The notes beneath the pieces are model-generated. The model was not told the origin of the DNA, searched no databases, and saw only the letters and a list, made by a program, of their open reading frames with translations. Shown one piece after another: positions 28,535-37,738 of a stretch of 64,000 nt of DNA. Origin of the DNA: Bacteroidota bacterium (lineage in GTDB: Bacteria; Bacteroidota; Bacteroidia; Chitinophagales; LD1). Location of the stretch: positions 62,622 through 126,621 of the forward strand of contig JAFDYN010000008.1 of the NCBI GenBank assembly GCA_018267385.1, written 5' to 3'. The first letter of the stretch is position 1, and every line of letters begins with the position of its first letter. The translations under genes and the position numbers were made by a program.

Positions 28535-29556
28535 TACAACGCAAGATAATGCTACGCACCTACTACCAATACTACATCTGCCTCACCGCCCTGCTGCTCA
28601 TAGCCGGATGCAGGCAGGAGCCTGCACAGATCCGGATAGCAGACCTCCGTACCGCCGTGCATGAACTGGATGGCTTCGGACCCTGGGATCCCACTGTATG
28701 CGATATGCCTGAACCGACTGATACACTCTATACCAATCTTCCTTACTCCTATGATTCAGCTATCGCAGACCTGCACAGGCATTTTGACCAGATCGATACG
28801 CTGCATACCAGCCCAGAGACACGCCAATACCTCAAGGCACTCACTGCAGCAGACCTGGTCTATGCAGCATTTAGCTACCAGTTTCTAGGGCCTAAGTATG
28901 GCCTGGCGCGCGATAGCCAGATGCTCGATATATGGCAGCGATGGGACACGCTGCCACTGCGCACCTGCTATGATATTGGCAATCACAACGCCATGTCTTT
29001 CTACTGTACTCAGCGGAGCGTCTTTTTTCTCAGGATGGTAGACACGCTGCTACATATCAAGGGGTATACCGTCACCATACCTGATGGCGTGCACGTATTC
29101 CCTGTGCTACATCTTAGTGGCGGCGACTACATAGTAGATCCCTATGACCCCGCTGTTTTTGCCGATAGCAGCGGCACCTTTGCCGTGACCTATGACACAC
29201 TGCTGCACAGCAAAGGCCACGGGCATAACAAGGCAATAGCTACCCGCAGGATATACGGCGATACCCGTATGCTCCTCTCCCACGCCTATGTAGATACCCT
29301 CCGTGCGAGGTCTGGCAGTGCTGATGACCAGGGCATCAGCGGCCTGCTGTGCTCCTATCTGCACAGCCAGGGCGGTGACCTGCAGCGGCTCATGCGGCCC
29401 TGCTTTAAGGTACCGGGGGCTCCCACCTTCCGGGATGTACACATCATACCACAGGGGCACAATGCCTATAGTATAGGCCAGCACTGGCGCGTAGATGGTC
29501 CATTGTTTGACCAGCAGGATATAGAGAGGTACTATATAGGTATCACCTGCAGGTGA
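28531..29556 (+). CDS. hypothetical lipoprotein, translationally coupled to wzt
   Basis: The ATG at 28531 overlaps the wzt TGA (ATGA). Lipobox 'LLLIAGC'. No family recognised. Confidence 0.5.
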   Translation: MIQRKIMLRTYYQYYICLTALLLIAGCRQEPAQIRIADLRTAVHELDGFGPWDPTVCDMPEPTDTLYTNLPYSYDSAIADLHRHFDQIDTLHTSPETRQYLKALTAADLVYAAFSYQFLGPKYGLARDSQMLDIWQRWDTLPLRTCYDIGNHNAMSFYCTQRSVFFLRMVDTLLHIKGYTVTIPDGVHVFPVLHLSGGDYIVDPYDPAVFADSSGTFAVTYDTLLHSKGHGHNKAIATRRIYGDTRMLLSHAYVDTLRARSGSADDQGISGLLCSYLHSQGGDLQRLMRPCFKVPGAPTFRDVHIIPQGHNAYSIGQHWRVDGPLFDQQDIERYYIGITCR

Positions 29557-29575
29557 GTACTATGGCCGGCTTAGC

Positions 29576-31105
29576 TCATCTGCGGAGCTTAGCTTTGATA
29601 TCCTTTTTCAGATTGGCTCCGTAGCGATACATGGTGCCATTGCGCAGTATAGCCTTGAAGTTGCTAAACTGAAACAGGCACTGCGCTGTATAGAATGACG
29701 CCAGGTACAGGAAATAATAAAGCATATAGAGCGTATTGCTCCTGATCTCGGGATTATAAAATTTATTGAGGAGGATAGAATCTACCAGAAACAGGGAGTC
29801 TATAAAATAATCATCCGTATCCAGGCGGATCTGGCCCTGCTCCTGCAGCTGGTCAAAAAGCGCGCTGCCCGGATACGGCCGGAACTTTGCCAGCCCTACA
29901 TCATTGACCCCCACGCGGGCGCACTGTATCAGAAACCAGCATGTACGAAAAATATCGCTGTGCCGCTCACCCGGCAGTCCTATGATCATATTGATATAGA
30001 TGCGCATATCTTGCCCCTTGGCATATCGCATGGACTGCAGCATATTGGGAATATTCACCTTCTTCTTGATCATCTCCAGTACACGCTCCGAGCCGGACTC
30101 CGGTGCGTAGATGATCTCATGGCAGCCGCTGCTGCTGAGCGCCACGACCACCTCCTCATCTATCGCCTCTGACCGCGTACCCGCGGGGAAGCGCCACTGT
30201 ATATCCAGCTTTCTATCGCGCAGTATCTGCGAAAAATCCAGTATCCATTTTTTCTTGATGATCGCCGTGAGGTCAAAGAAATCAAAATTGCCCGCGTGGA
30301 AATGCTCCTGTGCGTAGGTTATCTCATCTGCCACGCTCTCCGGCGTGCGCAGAAAGTAGCGCGTGCCCCACATATCGGGGCTCGTACAGAAGGTACACCG
30401 GAATGGGCAGCCGCGCGTAGCGATCAGTGGCAGCGTGATAGGATTGGGCGCATCTGCGCGGCGTAGGGGCCGCGGGTAGAGCTCTACGGGAAACTCCTCC
30501 CATGCCGGCACCGGTATATCATCCAGTTTGCGCATGCGTTCTCGCTTCTCTGTCTTTACGCATCCGTCATCACGGCGCAGCATGATGCCACTCACTGTAT
30601 CCAGCGCACGTCCCGTAGTGATAGCATCTATCAGGTCAGAGAATGTCTCCTCTCCCTCGCCTAGTATACAAGCTGTGAGTCCCGCGCACTGCTGCAGGAA
30701 AATATGAGGCATACCCGTGGCGCTCTCACCACCTGCCACGAGAGTAGCTCTCGGATAGCGGCCGGCTATCATATTGATCAGGGCGCGATCAGACACCCAA
30801 TCTATAGAGAACATGCAGCTAAATCCGATCAGCTCAGTATCAGGATGGATGGTATCAGCTATGACATCAAAGGACAGTCCACTCGTGACGAGTGCTGTAC
30901 GGGCTGGTAGCACGCCCCGTATCTGCCGGGCATCAAACTCGTGCTGCTCGCCACCGCTGCTCATGGCAGCATCTATCACCTGCACCGTATGGCCCTGCTG
31001 CTTTAGTACTGCTGCTATGAGCGCCATGCCCAGCGGCGGGAAAGACACCACAGACATGGCATCCTTTATCATCAGCTTAGGTGGCCGGATCAGACATATT
31101 CTCAT
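29576..31105 (-). CDS. B12-binding-domain radical SAM protein
   Basis: The N-terminal 'RICLIRPP......FPPLGMALIAAVLKQQGH.V.VID' is the cobalamin-binding domain. 'RGCPFRCTFCTSP' is the CxxxCxxC cluster. The C-terminal tail is hydrophobic. Confidence 0.85.
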   Translation of the reverse strand: MRICLIRPPKLMIKDAMSVVSFPPLGMALIAAVLKQQGHTVQVIDAAMSSGGEQHEFDARQIRGVLPARTALVTSGLSFDVIADTIHPDTELIGFSCMFSIDWVSDRALINMIAGRYPRATLVAGGESATGMPHIFLQQCAGLTACILGEGEETFSDLIDAITTGRALDTVSGIMLRRDDGCVKTEKRERMRKLDDIPVPAWEEFPVELYPRPLRRADAPNPITLPLIATRGCPFRCTFCTSPDMWGTRYFLRTPESVADEITYAQEHFHAGNFDFFDLTAIIKKKWILDFSQILRDRKLDIQWRFPAGTRSEAIDEEVVVALSSSGCHEIIYAPESGSERVLEMIKKKVNIPNMLQSMRYAKGQDMRIYINMIIGLPGERHSDIFRTCWFLIQCARVGVNDVGLAKFRPYPGSALFDQLQEQGQIRLDTDDYFIDSLFLVDSILLNKFYNPEIRSNTLYMLYYFLYLASFYTAQCLFQFSNFKAILRNGTMYRYGANLKKDIKAKLRR

Positions 31106-31187
31106 ATGCAGTCTGTAAAGCCAGGAGACCCTACGGCCACTGCACTGATTAATAAGATAGGCTTGTCCTTATCTCCATCCGGGCACA

Positions 31188-32090
31188 TCATACGAAGGAG
31201 AGGTATTTCTTTTTGATACGATCCAGAAACCCGTATTTATCCTTGTACAGGCTCCAGTTCTTTTTATAAAAATCAGACACATCGCGAGGTGTGAGCCTCG
31301 GCGGTTGATACGGGAAGGACATCTTCAGGGGGTATTTATCTGCAGGGTCGGAAAAATCACCCTGCAGGAAAAACTCCGGCATGACACCATATGCATCCAC
31401 ATTATTTCTATCACGGTCATAATAGTAGTAGAGCAGCTCTGTGGCCGGATTTACCAGCCCGCAGCATACTACTGGCCTCGCCTCCCCGCTTTGATTGGCA
31501 AATGAGCCGTGCAGCGTCTTCCCGGAGAAAATAGCTGCATCGCCTGCTTTGAGGTTCAGATTTACGGCATACTTCTGCAGGTCATCATTCAGGTATTTGT
31601 ATGGCCAGTCCACACCTATCGGCAGCTGGTAGTCAAAAAGTTTATTGCTGCCGGGCATGAAATACAAATAGCCGCGGTCACTGGTGATATCTACCAGCGG
31701 CATCCAGAATATGAGGTACTCGTGCTCAGACTCATCTACCGCGCTGGCATCACGGTGTATGGCCAGGTTCGTCGCTGTCTTTTCTGCAGGCTTGGTCAGA
31801 AAGTAGGCAAAATGCTCCCTGTAGGCTATGATATGCCGCTGCAGGCAGGGCGTGAGCAGCGCCAGCAGCTCTGAGCTGATGTGCTTTTTTTCGGTATCGT
31901 CCACATTTACTGCAGAGTTCCAGCAGACCATTTTCTCTGCAGGCGGCTCATAGTGAGCGTGAAATATGGACAGCATTTTAGCCACAGTTTCAGCATCAGC
32001 AAAATCCTTCAGTACTATATACCCATCCTGCTCGAACTGCTGCTCTTTGACCGCATCCTTAAACCGGATCCTTATTAATTTCTTATCCAT
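31188..32090 (-). CDS. phytanoyl-CoA dioxygenase (PhyH) family Fe(II)/2-oxoglutarate oxygenase
   Basis: Likely start MDKKLIRIRF. 'FEQDGYIVLKDF', 'IHRDAS' (HxD) and a distal 'TLHGS' His. The ORF-track N-terminal extension to 32270 is probably not translated. Confidence 0.65.
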   Translation of the reverse strand: MDKKLIRIRFKDAVKEQQFEQDGYIVLKDFADAETVAKMLSIFHAHYEPPAEKMVCWNSAVNVDDTEKKHISSELLALLTPCLQRHIIAYREHFAYFLTKPAEKTATNLAIHRDASAVDESEHEYLIFWMPLVDITSDRGYLYFMPGSNKLFDYQLPIGVDWPYKYLNDDLQKYAVNLNLKAGDAAIFSGKTLHGSFANQSGEARPVVCCGLVNPATELLYYYYDRDRNNVDAYGVMPEFFLQGDFSDPADKYPLKMSFPYQPPRLTPRDVSDFYKKNWSLYKDKYGFLDRIKKKYLSFV

Positions 32091-32196
32091 AGCCTTACTG
32101 ATATAAAAATAAAAAAACAGAGTCAAATTCAGGGCATAATGCCGGATTTTCACCCCGGTTATTTTGTGCATCTTTGCCCGTGACAACCATGCCTCC

Positions 32197-33036
32197 ATGC
32201 AGACTACTGAGACCTCTGTGACAGATACCCGCCGTACGGCGCCTATCGTCTTTTCGGCTGCTCCGCTCACCTTTGGTGCTTACTGCAGAGAGATCATCTC
32301 TTACAGCTGGCTCATCTGGGTCTTTGCGACCAAAGAGATACGCATGCTCTACGTGCAAACATACTTCGGTCTGCTGTGGAGTATCATACGGCCGGTCATG
32401 ACCTTGCTCATATTCACGATGATATTTCGTTTGTTTATGCATGTACCTACGCGGTCTCCTTATTACCTTTTTGCCTTCACGGGCATGATCGCCTGGAACT
32501 TTTTTTCCCAGATATCCAATACTGCCTCCACAGCCATCCTCCATGGAGAGGACATATTTTCAAAACTCTACTTCCCCAAGGTCATCCTGCTGCTCGCCAA
32601 GATCATAGTTTCATCCCTTGAGTTTTTTATCTCCCTGGCCATGCTGATCCTACTGATCATCATCTCGGACACTTCTCTTTCTGCCGGCCTGCTCGCGCTG
32701 CCGCTGTTTCTCTTTTACAATGTCATCTGTGGCTTTGCCATAGCCATCTGGATGAGTGTACTGAGTGCACGCTTTCACGATCTCACTCAGCTTATGCCCG
32801 TGGTGATAGGGATTGCTATCTGGGTCACGCCTGTATTTTATCCTGCAGACGTCGTACCTGCTGCCTACCGCCCGCTCCTTTATCTCAATCCTATGGCGGG
32901 TGTCATCAGCGGCTACCGCTATGCCCTGCTCGGAGATCCGTTTCCGGATTTTCCTTACTTTGTCACTATGGCCATTGTCTCCGTCGTAGCACTGGCCGGG
33001 CTCTATCTCTTCAGCCACAAGGAGCGCGCAGTTTGA
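32197..33036 (+). CDS. ABC-2 type polysaccharide exporter permease (Wzm/TagG-like)
   Basis: 'LIWVFATKEIRMLYVQTYFGLLWSIIRPVMTLLIF' is the ABC-2 N-terminal signature, and about 6 TM segments follow. The start is taken at ATG 32197; TTG 32164 is also possible. Confidence 0.75.
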   Translation: MQTTETSVTDTRRTAPIVFSAAPLTFGAYCREIISYSWLIWVFATKEIRMLYVQTYFGLLWSIIRPVMTLLIFTMIFRLFMHVPTRSPYYLFAFTGMIAWNFFSQISNTASTAILHGEDIFSKLYFPKVILLLAKIIVSSLEFFISLAMLILLIIISDTSLSAGLLALPLFLFYNVICGFAIAIWMSVLSARFHDLTQLMPVVIGIAIWVTPVFYPADVVPAAYRPLLYLNPMAGVISGYRYALLGDPFPDFPYFVTMAIVSVVALAGLYLFSHKERAV

Positions 33037-33052
33037 CTCTGGCGGTGTGCTG

Positions 33053-35881
33053 TCACTTTGGCTTTGCTCCCGCCTCCGCACTTCTGATCATTGCACCTAT
33101 ATCCTGATCTCCGGGCGCTATCTGCCGGGCAGCACTCAGATATACCAGTGCACTATCTACTCTGCTCTGAGCCATGTACACCCGGGCTATATTCACATAG
33201 GCATCAGATGTAGCCGGCCATCGTCCTATCGCTTCACGGTTTACAGCTATCGACTCGAGAGGCCTTCCGGCCTTGAAATATGCCATGCTCAGCAGCGAAT
33301 AAGGAACGTAATTGATAGGCTGGTGCCTGATCACATGATTCAGCGGAGCTATCGCCTCCTGATACCGGCCCATATCTATATCTAGCTGACCTATAAAAAG
33401 AAACGGGTCCGTATTTTCCGAATCTATAACCGTGGCCCTCTCGAAGTACGCGATACTACTATCAGGCATTTGAAGAGCCGCATATACTCTGCCCATATCA
33501 TAGGCAGCATTGTAAAATTTCGGATAGATGGCTAGGGCCTGCTTGAAGTGGCCGAGCGCCTCTAGCTGCATATCGTGCTGCGCAGTAGCAGGTATCTCAT
33601 AGGAGGTTTTCATGAGCTTTACGGCCAGCAGGTCATGTGCATGAGCAGAGCTGTCTACATAGCTGATATCATGGCGCATCAGCGTCAGGGCATCTTTCCA
33701 CTGCAGATTTCGCGCAAAGGTAATACCTGCATATAGTACCAGGATAGCTAGCACAGTATACCTGACTGTGGGCCTCGGTAGCTCGCGACTGTCAGACAGC
33801 AGTGACCGCTGCAGCAGGTATGCCAGCCCTGCGCCCAGTACTATACACCACCCCAGTGATGGAATGAACAGGTAGCGCTCCGCCAGCATACCGGGTATAG
33901 GAAAGAGGAAGCCGGATACCGCCCATATGGACAGCAGGTATATCATCAGGCCCAGGGCCATCACCTTGCTACGCCGCAGGCTGAGTAGCATCCCGGCACC
34001 AAGCAGTAGATAGCAGATCAGGCCCACCATCGGCCACGGCTCGGTGAGCCGCTGCGGATAGATATACCGGTAGCCGTAGTAGAACGCCATAGGATACGGC
34101 AGCACTACTTTATGCAGATAATGTGTCAGTACCTCCATAGACGTACCGGCCTTGACAGCCAGTGGTGCATCTGCCGGCACCGGATTTTCTACATAGGCCA
34201 GCGGCCGGTTTTGCTCCGCTGCCGCTACCGGTGCCGTGAATGTGCCTGCTATGGACACCTGCGTATTGACGATATGCACCAGCCGTGCGGTATTGGTCTT
34301 CAGATCAGGCCATGTATAGACCATCAGCACCAGAAGCGCTCCGGCGCTGATAGCATTACGCAGTTGCCTGTCGCTTCTCTTTAGCAGTATGGGTAGCAGG
34401 AATACCACTGCCATATATATACTATAGGCAGTACTACCCAGGCTGGCCCTGGTGAAAAGGCCATGCAGCATAAATAATTTCACTGAGTCATATATCCCGA
34501 TCATTAATACGACATAGCTGAGTATCCGTGTGCGAGGCCAGCGGTACAGCACCAGTATCACGACCCCGAGATTGAGGTACGATGCTATATCACCATAGCA
34601 TGTCAGCACTGCATATAGTACAAGAGCAGGTATGAAAAGGCGCCCTCTGCTATACAGCATCTGAAAGGCGAGAGCGATAAAGAGCAGGTTGCTGTAGATA
34701 GAGTTGCCCGGAGAGAATAATATCATAGATACGGTCACGCATATATAGATGCCCAGGGTAGCCCACCAGTTGATCATCTTATTGCCCCAGAGTCCCAGTA
34801 CCAGCAGCGCCAGCGCTGTAGCTACTGCGGGCAGGTAGCCCATATACAGCCCGGCAAAGAAAAGCCCGAGGCAAAACACGGTGACCGTCATAGGCAGCCA
34901 GCCAAAGTTTACCTGCAGGTCACGTGCCGCCGCTCCCAAAAAACTCTTCAGGTCATTCTGATCCGCAAAAGGTACTGCAGCGGCCTTTTCATTTCTGTAG
35001 TATGCCCGGAGGCGCGCTACCCGCTCAAAAAAGTAGTCCGGATGTACCAGCAGGAAAAGCAGGATGACAAATGCCAGCAGTAGCAGTGCCAGCAGTATCT
35101 TATGGGCTGCACTATCCGACATGATCCAGTAGAATGGTACCGCCAGCAGCAGAGCTACATTCAGCACCGGGCGCAGGCGTACGGGGCGGCATATGATCAG
35201 TGCGCACGGTATGATGAGCATGAGTGGCACAGCGGTCTTCTTGCTCAGCAGGGCCAGCAGTGCCATGGCGGGTACGCCCATATACCACAGACGCCTGCCG
35301 CTCACGGCACAGAGAGCCGCATACAGGGCCAGCAGGCCAAAAAGGAGGGCCAGTATCTCATCCCTGTTTTTGATACTGCTCACCACCTCGGTATGGGCAG
35401 GATGCGCCGCAAATAAAAGCGTGATAAACAACAACAGCCGCCGGGAGTGATCCGGCAGCAGTGACTTCAGTATACGGTAGACCAATACGACGCAGAGGGC
35501 GTAGAGCAGCAGATTGACCAGGTGGCTCACATGGGGATTATCCCCCGCCACTGAGTGCTCCACAGCAAAGGTGGCCAGTACCATGGGCCTGTACTCGTAG
35601 GCATAGCCGGAGGCATCCTCATAATAGCTGGATGTAAAGATCTCGGGTATCGCAGAGATCCCCTGTGAGGTGAGACGGTGCTGGATGGTCACCAGCTCAT
35701 CATCCATATTATAGTTGTTGAAGACAGAGTTGGCGTAGAGCAGGCTGGTAAACACAAAAAGGATGCACTCCCACTTGTATCTGCTGAAAAAAGTGACTCG
35801 ATCAGGCGCTGGTCGCCTCTTCTTCGGTTCCGTAGACATGTGTGTAAATGGTTCTCTGGCTTCAGGGTTTACAGCAATCAT
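33053..35881 (-). CDS. GT-C-fold (PMT_2/TMTC-like) polytopic membrane protein with C-terminal TPR repeats
   Basis: The N-terminus 'LLYANSVFNNYNMDDELV' matches the DD/DE loop-1 motif of GT-C/TMTC-type enzymes. More than 15 predicted TM helices. The last ~230 aa contain TPR-like repeats (AYDMGRVYAALQM..., AIAPLNHVIRHQP...). Confidence 0.65.
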   Translation of the reverse strand: MIAVNPEAREPFTHMSTEPKKRRPAPDRVTFFSRYKWECILFVFTSLLYANSVFNNYNMDDELVTIQHRLTSQGISAIPEIFTSSYYEDASGYAYEYRPMVLATFAVEHSVAGDNPHVSHLVNLLLYALCVVLVYRILKSLLPDHSRRLLLFITLLFAAHPAHTEVVSSIKNRDEILALLFGLLALYAALCAVSGRRLWYMGVPAMALLALLSKKTAVPLMLIIPCALIICRPVRLRPVLNVALLLAVPFYWIMSDSAAHKILLALLLLAFVILLFLLVHPDYFFERVARLRAYYRNEKAAAVPFADQNDLKSFLGAAARDLQVNFGWLPMTVTVFCLGLFFAGLYMGYLPAVATALALLVLGLWGNKMINWWATLGIYICVTVSMILFSPGNSIYSNLLFIALAFQMLYSRGRLFIPALVLYAVLTCYGDIASYLNLGVVILVLYRWPRTRILSYVVLMIGIYDSVKLFMLHGLFTRASLGSTAYSIYMAVVFLLPILLKRSDRQLRNAISAGALLVLMVYTWPDLKTNTARLVHIVNTQVSIAGTFTAPVAAAEQNRPLAYVENPVPADAPLAVKAGTSMEVLTHYLHKVVLPYPMAFYYGYRYIYPQRLTEPWPMVGLICYLLLGAGMLLSLRRSKVMALGLMIYLLSIWAVSGFLFPIPGMLAERYLFIPSLGWCIVLGAGLAYLLQRSLLSDSRELPRPTVRYTVLAILVLYAGITFARNLQWKDALTLMRHDISYVDSSAHAHDLLAVKLMKTSYEIPATAQHDMQLEALGHFKQALAIYPKFYNAAYDMGRVYAALQMPDSSIAYFERATVIDSENTDPFLFIGQLDIDMGRYQEAIAPLNHVIRHQPINYVPYSLLSMAYFKAGRPLESIAVNREAIGRWPATSDAYVNIARVYMAQSRVDSALVYLSAARQIAPGDQDIGAMIRSAEAGAKPK

Positions 35882-36197
35882 TGATTCGAAAAAAACCGCT
35901 GTTCATGGGTAAATATAAAAAAGATACCCTTAAAAAAACTTTTCTCCGAAATTCATCCTATTGCTTACATTAATATATTTCCGATATAAAGTAATAAGGC
36001 GAACTGCATTTTCCTGTCGGCATCTCTTACTCTTGATTACAAAAATTAATGCAGCGTACGGTTGAAATTATATATATTTTACTATATTTATAGTGAAGAC
36101 TAAGAGTTTGTTTAAACAGGATAGGGGATAGCTTCTGCTTTAGGGTTATTCAGCTTTCCTGATTGAAAAGGTATTATAAACCGATACCTGTTGTGCT

Positions 36198-37736
36198 ATG
36201 AAAAAATATGAAGGACCCTGGACGGATACACAGCTCAAGCACCTGCTGCGCAGGACACTTTTTGGTGTCACCCTTGCAGATCATAGATTTTTTTTAGGTA
36301 AATCTATGGATGAATGTCTTGACATTCTGCTAGATACATCTACCAATGCCATCCCGCCGGTCTACTATGACGATCAAAGAACTGAGACCATAAAGGAATA
36401 CCAATGGGACCATCACAGTGAGCGGTTTGTAAAATTTACTGCGGTTTTGATCTCCTGCTTCATGCCTATGATGCATCAGCCCAGAAACATAGGGGAGCGT
36501 ATGGTCCTTTTCTGGCACAACCACTTCGTCACACGCTACCAGACTACCGAGAGCGGGGTATACACGATGCAATATTTCCAGCTGCTGAGAAAATTTGTGA
36601 CCGGCAATTTCAAGCAACTGCTCAGAGAGATCACTACAAACGTGCAGATGCTTCTCTTCCTGGATGGGAATAAGAACAATAAAAATGCTCCGAATGAAAA
36701 CTATGCCAGAGAGCTGCAGGAGCTATTTAGCCTCGGCAAGGGACCGGGGTCAAGGTACACCGAGGCTGATGTGCATGCGGCAGCCAGAGTACTGACAGGC
36801 TGGGTCGTAGATCATGAGTACTTCACAGCACGCTTTGACGCCAGCATACATGATACTACTGACAAAACCTTTTCATCCTTCTATCACGATCATGTGATCA
36901 GCGGCAAGGAAGGCCCCGATGGCCAGACCGAGACGGACGAGCTCATAGAGATGATCTGCCGCCAGCCGGAGGTTTCAAAGTTTATGTGCCGCAAGCTATA
37001 CCGCTGGTTTGTGAATAGCAATATCGATGCTCGCGTAGAGGAGCAAATCATCTCGCCGCTGGCAAAGCTATTTGTCGCATCAGGCTATGAGGTCCAGCCA
37101 GTATTGCGTGCCCTGCTGAGCTCGGATTTTTTTTACAACCCCGATCTGATAGGGGGTATCATCAAGAGTCCCATCGATTTTATGATCGCCCTGATCAGGG
37201 AATTTGATTTAAAGAATGACCCGGCCGATATAGAACCTACGGGACCTATGAAAGTGCCGTTTTGGGCGGCCTATATGGCCGGCAAAATGGATCAGGAGAT
37301 AGGAAGCCCTCCTACTGTGGCTGGGTGGCCAGCCTACTACGAGTATCCATTGTATGACAAGGAATGGCTTACCTCTGGTATTTTTGGTCAGGCGGCATGG
37401 ATAGATAGAGTGACGAGCCTGGATAGATCAGACCCGGAGCAGACGATCCACCTTGACCTTATATCATTTGTGCGGTCTCTGGCACATCCTGCCGATGCCG
37501 TGCAGTGGCTGGCAGAGACAGCAGACCTGCTGTATGCCCTGCCCCCGGGAGCAGAGCCTATGAAATATCTGCAAAAACTGGCAGACACCAGCCACTCATA
37601 CCCAGGCTCCTGGAGTGAGGTATGGACCAGATACATAGCGGCTACAGATAATGAGGCCTTGGCCACAGAGATAAAGAAGAGATTAAGGGACATTTTTCAG
37701 CACCTGCTGACTTATCCCGAATACAAAATAAGATAA
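36198..37736 (+). CDS. DUF1800 family protein
   Basis: 'MVLFWHNHF', 'MLLFLDGN.N....PNENYARELQELFSLGKG' and 'YTE.DV...ARVLTGW' are DUF1800 signatures. Confidence 0.8.
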   Translation: MKKYEGPWTDTQLKHLLRRTLFGVTLADHRFFLGKSMDECLDILLDTSTNAIPPVYYDDQRTETIKEYQWDHHSERFVKFTAVLISCFMPMMHQPRNIGERMVLFWHNHFVTRYQTTESGVYTMQYFQLLRKFVTGNFKQLLREITTNVQMLLFLDGNKNNKNAPNENYARELQELFSLGKGPGSRYTEADVHAAARVLTGWVVDHEYFTARFDASIHDTTDKTFSSFYHDHVISGKEGPDGQTETDELIEMICRQPEVSKFMCRKLYRWFVNSNIDARVEEQIISPLAKLFVASGYEVQPVLRALLSSDFFYNPDLIGGIIKSPIDFMIALIREFDLKNDPADIEPTGPMKVPFWAAYMAGKMDQEIGSPPTVAGWPAYYEYPLYDKEWLTSGIFGQAAWIDRVTSLDRSDPEQTIHLDLISFVRSLAHPADAVQWLAETADLLYALPPGAEPMKYLQKLADTSHSYPGSWSEVWTRYIAATDNEALATEIKKRLRDIFQHLLTYPEYKIR

Positions 37737-37738
37737 CC

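Noticed and set aside
32095-32544. The ORF-track N-terminal extension of the PhyH gene (to 32270), together with a 149-aa minus ORF overlapping the wzm 5' end.
   Set aside because: The PhyH homology-like sequence begins at MDKKLIRIRF (32090). The extension would overlap the divergent wzm promoter and start. The 149-aa ORF is Arg/Gly/His-rich with no features.
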